From Acanthaster planci (Eukaryota), in assembly GCF_001949145.1 (NCBI RefSeq), contig NW_019091362.1:2778204-2842203 (forward strand): 64,000 nucleotides of DNA, read 5' to 3'. Each line of letters begins with the position of its first letter. Position 1 is the first letter of the stretch. A program made the translations under genes and the position numbers. Shown piece after piece: positions 12,801-24,800 of this stretch. Under the pieces are notes generated by a model. That model ran no database searches and was not told the DNA's origin. It saw only the letters and a list, made by a program, of their open reading frames with translations.

Positions 12801-15800
12801 TCTGTGTATTTAATACATGATATGTTATAATGAACATGCCAAATAGTTTTGTGGGGTTCTTTAATGGCCTTGATTTCAAGATCCTTTTCAGTTCAAATCT
12901 TAATTGGAATCTGGAAAATTGATTCTTTTATTCCTAGTGGTACAAACAGAGCTTCTGGCATCCAAGGATGAAATCAACCGACTGTTGTCTCATTTGGCTC
13001 AAGTCACCCGAGAGAAGTGAGCAAAATTTTGCCTGTGTTCCATTTATAGCAATGCCAGCTTTTTACATTGGGAGACAGGGTTAACAAAATGTTGAAAATC
13101 TTTTGGGATTGGATGTGACCAGAGTTAAAGACTAGATTTCAAAAAGTGTTTGTTGTGAGTGATTCCTAGAAATAATGTGCAAAAGTTGTGGACTACCAAA
13201 GTCAGAGCTGTTAGGTTTAAAGGCTTGGCAACAATGCCACATCAGCTGAAATAGTAAGCTTTTGTGACTTCAAAATGAGTGGAAGGCTAAAGGTGAAGGA
13301 GCATTTTAAGAATGCATTTTACTTAAAAGATGTTTGTTCATATACTTAATTTTTCATGACTACAGGGCTGAAATGGTGTCCGCAAAGGTTCATAAAGAGC
13401 TGTTACGAATGGCAGAGGAACGAGCCAATCGTGCAGAGATGAAGGCCATGGCCTTGGAACGAGAGGTATAATTAAGTGCACTAACAAACTAATTGGGCTA
13501 TGGGATAGGCCACGGATGAAGATGGAGAAGGTGGGCAGTTTTTGACACTCCAATTTTCCAAGGAAAACTTCAGGGAAAATAATTTTTTTTTAATCGCTGG
13601 AACTGTTTATAACTTGAGGTTTTGTTTGTTTTGAAATTTTGTCATTCACTTAAAACATTTTTCCTTTCTTACAATGATAGGAAATTTTGAAAGTCACGTG
13701 CTGCCTCGGAACTGCAAATTATAGTAAAATAGACTGGGTTCATAGATTTGGTTGTCAGAATAACATTTCCTTGTATTTTAAGTCACATATTTTGAAAGTC
13801 CTTTTCAGATATGGATTAAAAAAGGATGAAAATGGTTTAATGTTATTGTTGAAAAGTATATAAAGGGAAAGCTAAATTTCCATATAACTTGGATATTATG
13901 CTCAAAATAAGCTGATTTGTTGAAATAACCCTGCAGCTGAGATTTTTGATGGAAGAGCAATCCCTTGCGGGGGCATCCTCAGGAGATCCTCCTAAGATTC
14001 CTCCCCGCCGGAAGGAGGTCAAGTATCCTGCCTCTTCGGTGGGCATCCGCACTTCCCCCAAATACTTCCAGAAGCACAGCACCCTGTACAGCCGTGGCAA
14101 TCTGGGTGCCAAGAGGGGCCAGCCTGCAGTCAGTGGGGGCCGGACTGCCGGCGGTGGGGGCACCTCCACCGCGAGCAACAACAGGCCCACCAAGCCCCAG
14201 ACGCGGACCTGGTCGCTGAGCCGGCTTCGGAAGGTGGAGGCCAGCAAGACGACAAAGGAGGCCAAGAAGGAGAATGGCAAGGAGGGCAAGAATTCTGGCA
14301 AGGTACATTGAAGAGTGTAGATGCTTTGAGACGTCAAGTTAGTAAATTATTGTTAAATTGGTTTAAGATTTAATCAAGTGAAAGGTCCAGAGATATGAAT
14401 GTCTGTTGTTTGTGGCATAGCTTTTTTGAATATTTAAGAAGTTCAAATGTGGGAACGTATAAACCTGTTACTGTTTTCTGTGACATAGCATGAAAAACTT
14501 GTAAACAGGTCATGGCAGTTCGCGTAGTACCCTTAGTCATGAAATTAGCTGTAGGCTGTAGTTGAAGATGGGGCAGGGGGCCTGTTATAGCTGAGGTCAA
14601 AGAAAGTGCACTGGACTATTTCGAACTGATTGTACACAAACCCATGATGTTTCTGTGCGAAAGAGCACACAACTCTATGAGAAATATCTGCAGCCACAAT
14701 CTAGTGGTGTCTGTTGGTTTTCCTAGGCCTATGTGTATTTCCGTCCATAGACAAGTGATTTGGACATGGATGAAATGTTGGTACACAAAAGTTGGCATTT
14801 GGCTGAAGAGGCACTCAATTATATGGTAATATTTGTTATTTTTACATGTACCATGGAGAGTGTATATGAAAGTCAGTTATCGTCTGTCTTCTTCTTCGTC
14901 AAACGTCATCATTGTTTGCTTTACAGGTTTCTTTCCTCCAGCGGGTGCAGTCGAGAGTGACCAGCGCCCAGACCAAGTCGGAGGTCCAGAAATCCCTCTT
15001 TGACCGCATGCAGTCCCGGTTCTTTGCCAAGTCGTCCCCCAAGAGCTCTGCCGCACCGGCCTCGTCTAGCTGCGACCTGCCAGATCTGTCCAGCCTGGAG
15101 GAGGAGTCCTCCAAGTCGGAGTACGAGGTGCCCATGGACCCAGTCCAGAGGTTTGCCGGAACGCCTCTGATCGGTAAGTGGCTCTGTGTTTCAAACAAGG
15201 GGAAACGAGAAGGAGAGGAGAGAAAAATTGCAGGTTGAGGATATTATTTTCTTGTCAGCAATAACAGTCAATATCCAACTCTTTCGTAGGTCACTTTGAA
15301 TGAACAAGTATCGTGAATGTCAAGCATCAGACGAGGGTAACTAGTCAGTGATTCAGAACATAACACTGGTAGAGTCAAGCTATTATAACCAATAAGTGCA
15401 TGTTGTGCAACTATACTTAGATCTGTTTAATCAGACCATGTGAAAAACTTACTGGTGTATTAAGTGTATTAATGGGGGATCATCCTTCGCAGCAGCTGCA
15501 AGGCTAAATTAACAAAGGATACAGCCACGATATGGTCAAGCTGACGGCATTTAGAGGCTTTCCAGGTAGGTAGCCACCAAATGACCCATATTTGACCACA
15601 GAGTACAGGTGGAGTTGGAAAGCGTTAAGCAAAACCAGAGAACTCCAAACAAAAACCCTCCTGGTACAGGTCTGGAGAGAGCCACCGAAACAACTCTGTT
15701 CACATATGGCTTGTGGTGGGATTCAAACCCAGGTGACAGTGATGGACGTATGTCCAATCGTTTTCCCAGGCGACAGTGATGGACGTATGTCCAATCGTTT

Positions 15801-18800
15801 TCTTCAGGATGAGTGCCTCACACTCATTTTTTTTCCTTTTACATATTCCACTAATTCCTTTTAATCAGTAGACCCCAGAAACTCCGACAATTTGCAAATT
15901 CCTGATGGTGGAACCTCTATGTGTTCTTGGGTTTCAAGAATTAGGATGGCATTTCCTTAAGGCTGTCAGTAACAGTCCTCAGACCTTGACAGTTCTGGAA
16001 ATAATGCTTAAGCGCCGAGGAGTAACTTCTGCCGCTGTCTTGCACAGGTGTGCTGGGTTAAGCGAAAAAGATATTGACAACCCGTCCAAACCATTCAATA
16101 TTACATCGGTAGTTTGGATTCCAGCACAGAAGCAAAAGTTTTACCAGACAAGGTAATATGCCCCACAAGTCCTTGCTTGATCTGATTGGCCAAAAGGCTG
16201 TGATGAAGAAATTACTGGCCAATCAGCCTGGGGTTGTCTGTCATCGAGTCCGTGCACGCTGACAGGACCTGTGCCTGGCACACTGACAGGAACTGTGAGT
16301 TTTAGTGATAACTTCCTGTCATTGCATCTTGTATTACTTTATTTGCAACAAAACTTTCTATTTAAGGCATCAGGTGCGAGGATGTTTGTTTTTTTTCTTT
16401 GAAATCGGAGGACACGGTGCTCGAAGCAGATGGATTTTGTGGGTGTTATTATTCTCTGTATTTTAGAGAAGAATGGAGGTCAGATTGGCAGAAGAGGTGG
16501 TCTCAACATTCCTCCATGCATGTTAAAGATGGAATACAAATGTAACAGGTGAATCTTTATCATGTTTTAGCAGCTGAGGGTCTACAGTTACCGATTTTAG
16601 CTTGATTTGTGTTCAGCCATGACACCCCTGTAATGGCTAATTATGACTGAATTGTACAGCCATGATTTGGAATTTGTTTTCAATGGGTCACTTGGGTAAG
16701 GCATCCGGCCACTCTGAAACCTTACCCCTTGGCTTTGTCACCGACTGTGTTAGGCTGCACTTCAGCTTGATGCTCTCCTTCATCTGTCTTGCACCTGATT
16801 TTGCACCTTTACTTGTATTTTTCCACAGCAGCTTGTGAGGAAGGCATGGGTATTGGAAGGATTTTTCTTGGGGGGGAGGGAGAGGGGAGTGTGCATAGCA
16901 CTCGACAGCAGCAAACGAAGGAAGGGAGTCAATTCCGAGGCATTTTCAAGTGAATTGGTTATTTTCATCCCCTGTCCTCACATTTTTCGGTTTTTATCAT
17001 TTTTTTTCTCTTTGTATTTTTGATTTTGCTCCCAGGAGCATGCACCCTAGCCTCTTTTCCCCCTTGTGATGCCCAAAGGAAAGGGGTTTTGTGATGAACC
17101 ATCCTAATTGACGCATGGTGGACATAGTAGGAGGGCGCTATTTGAAATGGGTAGATTTGGAGTAAATGAAGACTAAAGATTTTATAGAAACCAAATAGCG
17201 CCCTCATATTGCATCTGCCACACCTCAAATAGGCTAACAGCGTAAACCACTGGTCATTCCATTTCCATTCACATTTGTCCTGTAAGGAGCATTGTAAAGT
17301 ACATGTAGAGGAGGAAGCTTTTTTTTTAAATGGAGGAAGGGTGATAACCACTTAGTTTTAATACAATTGTTTGATTCGGTGTCAACAAACTTTGGAATAA
17401 CCTGCCTGCTGGCAAGTTTCCCTGAAAAACTTTACAGTGGGACGCTAGTGCGGGGGGGGGGAATTGTTTTCATATGGGAGATAGTGTGAAGTGTGAGCTA
17501 GCCATGATGACGACGTTCCGGCCAGTGACTGGACCTTCTTGGATGGTCTTAGTATGGTTAAGCTAATACGTTTCTTGGGGGAGGGGGAAAGGACTTCGCA
17601 ATGTTGTACTCTTTCTCGTGAAAAAAATTACAGAGTTCTTTACTGGATGCTTAAATTATCCACAAGGGCTGCCTTCCATCTTGAGACAGGAGTAGGCAGA
17701 AGTAGTGACATTGCTAGATCAAGGTTAATACGGACAGCATTATCAGCAATATCCTTGTGGAACAGCTGCGATGGTCATTGCGTTGCACCCCTGTTATTAT
17801 TCAACATGATTCACGGAGGTAGCGCATCCAAGGAAGTAGCCAATCGAAGGGCATGCATGCAGGTGTCAGTGGAACAGTGACATCTGGAGTGAATGCTTTC
17901 ACGTTCTGCTTACATCCGGGGCAAAACAATTTTATTGAAGCCAGTGAAGTAGTTCACGTTGAGTAAGCTATTTCAGGAACTCAGATCATCTCATGTCGGA
18001 CATGTGAAATTGCTGATTTCACTTGTCCATTGTCATAGGGATTGGGTATGAAAGACCCTTGTCCCTTTCTGTTCCAGTAGACTGGAAGAGACCCGAAACT
18101 AGCTTTTCACTGTGTATAACTATGACCAAATTCATGAGTATCCCCCCTCAAGAAAATTAACCCCCCCCAGTGTTGCCACCTTCAAATTAAATCCAGTTAT
18201 GCCAGTGTGACTATGGTCAGAGCATCCATTGATATATCTATTGTCAGTCTCTTGTCTAAGCCTGCATATTAAATGTCCAGTTGCATACATGTACAAAGAG
18301 TTAGTTGTGACAAGTGTCGGGGAGGGATGGTTGATTTTCAGCAACCCCCCGCCCCAAATAATAGACTTTGTCCCAGATTGTTTGCAGTGACACTGAAAGA
18401 AAAAAAATGACCAGTGTAATAACCATTGGTTTCCTTGTCAGTGTTTGTGCTCTCAGAAATTACTTGTGCAAGGTCAGAATTTTGCTTTGCTTGAAGGCAA
18501 AATTCCACTTTCTCTTGGCTGATAGAAGACCTGGATTTGACAACCTCAGTTAGTTTCCAACTAGGGACCATTGAAACAGATGAATGGTAACGGAATTCTG
18601 GACTGCATATGGTTTCACACACCCCTTTGGGACTGTTCACACTGAGAGCGGAGCTGAGGAACTGCACATGTATGGAGAAATTTCAGTCTTGACCTGAGAA
18701 TGCTTTTGAAGGAAAGCAAGATCAAAGGCAAAATAGAAAGTGGACCTGCTTCATCAGTTCTGTTTATGAACTGTACAAAGGCTGAAAATAGATACAGATT

Positions 18801-21800
18801 ACTGAAATTTTGCAGTGTGATTTCATAGACTTTCATGTAGCTACATCAGTGTTTTGACCTTAATTCTTTTTTTCAGGGAAGACAATTCCTCAAAAACATA
18901 ATGGAAAATGGCACGTTCTTTGCAGATGCGGTTGGGTATACTGTCATTTTCAGACATGTTTCGAATGTAACTACGTCAAAGTCTGGCCTCGTGTGCCTTT
19001 GGCAATTTTTTTTTTCATCAGAGACTTTACTTAGCCATATCATGATTGTGAGTGTGTTTTACAGGTAAGTTATCTGTTACTTTATCAAGAGATCCGTTGT
19101 TTCCATTTTTTTGATTTTTTTGGTTATTAATACCTAGATTTACAAATTTAGTCTTCTTACTATCTTTACACAGATGTTTCTATTGGGGGTAAGTCATGCC
19201 CTGGACCAAAACTTTTTCAAATCATTGTCCTCTCCTATTTTGCTTAATTGCTGGACACCGAAAAATAATTTTGTATGTTAAGATTCATTTAGTCAATATT
19301 ATTCAATATTATCACTGAAGTTCACATATCATTTCGGGGAAGAGCTCTTAAAAGCAAGAGGACTTGGTCACTCTAAAGATTGCATTTGGCATGAATTTCA
19401 TAATTATTAAAAAAAAATTTTAAAAGAGGAAATTGTTAAAAGAAATGCACTAAAGAAAATGCATACAAAGAAAAATTGTATATTTGCTGGTTTTGAAACA
19501 AAACAAATTTGACAAAATTACATAGACATATACAAACATTTTTACAAAGTGGTGCATACACGTACATGTAGTTCACTCCCAAGTCTTGATTAGAAATTGG
19601 TGTAACCGATGTGACTAATGCCTTACTTCCTTTCGTCCACTCGACTTGTTTAAATGTAAACTTGCCTCCTCCCAGTGCATTCCTAAGGCACAGCTGAGCT
19701 TTGGCTGTCGCATTAGATTTCCTTGCTGAGCTTTGCCTCACACCCAAATGTATTGAAATTCATGAGGTTGAATTTCCTTGAGAATGTTTGGGGTTAGCGC
19801 TAGCTATTAATATCTAAAGATTCATCATACCATAGGAATGCAGTTGCAGAGTAAGTCGGTTTGAGTGTTGCCAGTTGGATTGCTCTGTATCAGAGACTGG
19901 TCTTCACCCTGAGCATTGGTTTCTTTTTTCTTCAGTTTGTTGAAGTTAGTAGGCTTTGCATTTAATGTTGAAGCTCTTGCGTTGTCGGTTACCTAGTGGG
20001 GGAAATCCTGATGTGAAGCATTTCAGCAATCTTATAAACTTGCAATAATCAATTACCATCATAGATAATTGATATGCCCGGTGCTCCTTCACCCAGCATC
20101 TGGTGTAGTCATTGACCTTCTGGGTAATTTTGCTGCCACAAGTTCATGACAGTGTCATCTGTGTGACTTTCACCCGTAAAGAAGAATCGGCTTGGTTGAT
20201 TGGCTCTCCTTCTGAAGAGTTGGTGAAGATTTCTAAGATTCCTGAGTGTGTCTGGCTTAGGCTGTCAGTGAAGGATTTGTAGATCCTGTTTGAGAATGGC
20301 ATTTTTGTTCACTCTGCCCCAGCGCTTATACATGTTCATCCAGAGTGTGTTTTATACCCAGGACCACTGGTCCCAGAATGAAGGTAAGATGTCGCCGTCT
20401 TTGTATTAATTTTTGTTCAGTTTCGTGACTGCCTGATCTCTGGTCATATTGTCGACTAATTTTGGAGTGATCGAGGCCCCGACTATTGGTGACCAATTAC
20501 CAATGGCCAGGCTTGAAATAATCAGAAATCCAATACCTACAAGCTTACAGAGGAATAGCCAGGGATTTATTTATGTCCCACCTTTTTGACCAGACTATTT
20601 GCTACCTTTGTCTGCATGTGCCCATCTACATCCTGAACTATGCCCTCATTTTGTAGCAAACTGGGAAATTGTGATGACAAATGAAGTCAGCAGAACCAGT
20701 ATTCATTCCTTTATTTGCATGTTACTGAGTCTGAGTCAACACAGCTTCAGTGCATGGTACATCCCAAAATGGGAAACCCCATTTAAACATGAATTAAAGG
20801 ATGACATGTGTAGAACTACGTGCAGGGCGGTACTTCCTTTGTGACATGTTTCTAAATATAGTTGTGACGAAGAACTACATAAATACAGTGGCTTCGGTTT
20901 GTACCTAAGTGCACCACAGTTGTTTGAACACTTTTTTTCAGTGAGTGCCTGTTAGCATGCGTGACATTTTTTATTTCCTTTTCATTTTCGTCATATGGTA
21001 CCACCGTGACAAAGTCCTGGTGTACAGATTGGTATCTCCCCCGTTGGAAGGTTGTAGTGACTGGTACGTTGTAATATACTCCTTTGATCAAGTTTTTGGT
21101 TTCAGTGCAAAGTATTGCTGTGATAGGCTGGGTTGCTTAGATGTTTTGGCTTCATACATGTCACAGTGAAAAACTAGTGGTCTTTAGAAATGTATTTTGT
21201 GTTTAGCAATGTTCAAGTTTGGATACTTTGCTGTGCCATTGTTAAGTCTGCAACATGCAAGTGATGCGTGTGATGAGTGATGAGTGTCTAAATCTGAGTC
21301 TCCAATTCAAATCTTGAGTCTTCTGAGTTGTAACCTTTGTTCTTAAGTCTAAATCAAGCAAATCTCCTTGTGATTCCGTGAAGTTGAATTGAGGCTCAGC
21401 ACGTTGTTATTGTTAGTTGAGGTGTCTTCTAGTTTGTAGATTTCCATCAGCTGGTGTCTTGTGTAGAACTTCTGTTGCTGTGCAATTTATCTGGAAAAAG
21501 GTAGTTGCTGCACTCTTATGTTTTAATCGTTACCTGGTTTTATTTCTAGACTACTTTAAAAAAAAGTGGAAGTTCACGTGGACATGCTCAGTGCGTTGAG
21601 CCAGTGTGGTGCAGAGGTATTTCACGTCACATTTTTCATTCAATACAAAGCCTACTTTCCAATTAAGCATCATAGTATTACCAATAACCATTACTATTTT
21701 AACATCAGCGTGGTACACCTGTGTGTAAATGTATGTGTGTTTTGGGGAAAGCTGTATGTACAAATGAATGAATCAACCAGCCTTATGTGCTCAAACACAG

Positions 21801-24800
21801 CAACAACTGAGAACAGTGTTATATTGCCGAAGAGTTTATTAGATTAATGTGTGTCTTTAAGTAAAAAGTGTTTTCTGATCATGTTTGTTGAAATGATGGG
21901 AAAAATACATTGGTAACAGTTTCCCTTGTGTATATTTGGTTTCAGGGTAATTCACAGGATACCATCTGGTCTCATTATGGGGGGGTGTGTGTGAAAATGG
22001 AGATACACATCTATGTAGTATAATACATTACATCATACATTCTTCATCAAAACATGTCCCCTGATTCACAACAATTTTTATTTTCAATTGTAAAGAAAGA
22101 AACAGAAAGTGCCTACACAAAACCTTCTGTGTCAATATGAGAAGTAGACGGAAATGGGGAAATGGGTCTTTTTTTCTCACGAACGTGAAGGGCATAATTA
22201 AAATGCCAACCAAAAATAACTTCGTGTTCTTTTGTCTCCTCAGAAACAACTGGATGTCTTGAGTGGTAGTTTTGAATAATAATCCTGTGTTCCTCATTTT
22301 GTGATGTTGATGATTACTTAAGAATTGGGATTAATTAAATCAGAGTCAAATATCACAAAAGAAAACAAGTAATGAAAGCAAAACAAAACAAAAATACACA
22401 GATATAATCCTCCTTTTCAGTAATGAGCGAAGTGAAAGAACAGGAAGAGCAGTAGTGGAATTTCCTTATTAGGAAAGAACCTCAGATACTGGAGTTAGTA
22501 TGCCAGTGATTATGGTTTAACCTGGTTTATAAGAGCCCTGTTTATATACTATTCTATTCATAGAAAGGCATTTTGAGGTCCCAATTAGTCGTTGTTCATT
22601 ATTTTTATTCCTGATAAAACAAGATTCCTGTTTGTGACACGGTAATCTGCAAATTTCAAGGACCTCACAAAAATGAGGTTTGAATGTAGTAGTTACTGTG
22701 ATCTCTTCAGGAAATAAGACTGTGCCGTGGTTTGTGTGTCTTGTAGAATTCCCCCCCCTTTCGATTTAGTGATGCTGGCAAGAGCTGCTACCTTAATCAG
22801 CCAATCAGAATCCTGGAAAACCACTGCAAAATCTTGACGTGAATGCATTGCCAATGTTTAGGATGCTCTCTGGCTTTTCTTTGCAGAGGTTGCGATTATA
22901 AACCCTGCAAGTGAGTTGGGGAGTCTTTTGTGTGGGATGGTTCTGAAGTCTGTTTTTGTGGTGTGTGGTAAAACCTGGCACTCAGTGTTGTTGGAGCTGT
23001 GTGAAGATGCAGAGCTCTACATTGGGGAACCTCGAGTTCAGCAGGAGTCATTACGGTCATTGAATGTAAAAACCCTCCAAGACATGTCAAAAGCTGCCCT
23101 GCCAAACAAAGTGGAAAGGAAACAGTCACAGCGCACTGACATTTGAAAGGTACCTGTTTGGGCAGAATTCTCATGAATACAATGGCAAACTTTTCCATAA
23201 ACAATAGTCAAGCTAACTGTGTGTTCCAAGATTCTCCGAGTTGCCTTCTCTTTCAAATCTTCATGTCCATCATAGCTGCCTTTGGCATTTTTAGCAATGC
23301 GCTCGTCTTCATCGTCATCAGTAAGTTCCCAAATATGAGGAATGTGCCAAATTACCTCACGGCATCCCTTGTCCTGTCCAATTGGTTTGTCTGCACCACA
23401 GCAGTCCCCTTTGGTGTCTTACTCAGCGAGGCCCCTGATGTTTGCCGCAAGATTGCATGTGGAGTCCCTCTTGGCATCAGCATCTTCTTAACCATGGTGA
23501 GCCTCTGGAGCCAGTGTCCGATTGTTTGGGACCGCTATTTCATCATCAAGCTACCAACTGTCTACCCGAGGAAGCGAAGTGCCCGTGGAGCTGTTGCAGC
23601 CATTGCTGTAACCTGGCTGATTCCGGCACTTCTTGCCACCCCATATATTGCGATCAATCCGGATACACCCTCTCATGAGCATGCACCGGCACAGTTGCAT
23701 TACCACCCGGTGGGTCCGGGCTTCTACCTGTTCTGCCTGATTGTTGGCATTGGGCTGCCCATTCTGGCCCTTGTTTTGGCCAATGTGGCCATCTTGGTGG
23801 AAGTCATGAGGAGACGCAAGAAGAAGATTCGATCACTGCCTGCAGCACTGTCCTCCAAGGTGCCAGCCAGAGCTTCATTGGCTGGCACCAGCCTGACAGC
23901 TCTGCCGGTCCTTCATCCAATTCCAAAGAAAGCACAGAGTGAGCCTGCTTCTTGCAGAGGTGGTAGGAAGATCACAGTTTCTAGGGTGAACAGGGCATTG
24001 ATTTGTGCCCCAACCCTGGGAGAGCATTCCTCTGCTCATGACCAGCGGCCCTCCAGGGTGGTTCCCAGGTACCCCTTGTTAGAGAGCACCAAGGGAAGGA
24101 AGCACGGACCAAACTTACACTTGAAACTCGCTCTGCCATTGAGACATGGCATGAAGCCAGGCACAGGGGCACCCCACTGTCGAAGAGCTTCGGCGCCCTC
24201 CACAAGACCCAGCCACCAGGGCAGCACCATCTCTCGCCAGGCCAAACGTCGTGCTGCCTGCATTTCGGTCATCCATGCCCACGGCCTTGGCACCGGGCAG
24301 GGCAGGCAAGTCCCACAGGCCTTTTGGTTCAGACGGGAGCGGAAGACCTTCTTGGTCACCTTTGTCATCTTGGGCATAACGGTCGGCTTGATGCTACCCA
24401 TGTTTCTGTTTGAGAGCTACGTCTCCGTGGGTCCTGGCACCCCACTGTTGGGCCACATGCAGGTCTCTCGGATGTTGTGGTGGCTGAGTTGGTGTAACTC
24501 TGCTGTCAACCCAATTGTGTACACTGTTTTCAAAAAGGACTTCCAAGTTCACTTCAAGAAACTCTTTCATTGCACATAATCCTGGCATGTAAATTTCTAA
24601 TCACCCTGGACATTTATTTTAAAAAATGTCTTGCAATGGTTTAAAGTTCTAATAGATATGCTGGTTCGGTCCAATTTGTCAGCACAAAAGTTAATTTGTT
24701 CTTTAACAGAAATCTTTGACATTAATTTGTCAACAGCAGAATTATTATTTTCCCCTCTTTTATCCTCTTTATTTCTATAAGATGTACTGTAATTGAGCAT

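Noticed and set aside
14507..14522. DR4-like element AGGTCA-tggc-AGTTCG (also IR1-like TAGTCAtTGACCT at 20106 and TGGTCAcaTGACCA near 60628) as NR1H response elements
   Set aside because: Degenerate half-site pairs are expected by chance in 64 kb, and there is no supporting data.
13843..15198. Minus-strand ORFs over exons G and H (and likewise 38181-38639, 24036-24401)
   Set aside because: Antisense shadows of GC-rich coding exons, with no independent support.
23143..23172. TTG start of the GPCR given by the ORF track
   Set aside because: Eukaryotic gene; ATG at 23173 or 23182 is the plausible start.
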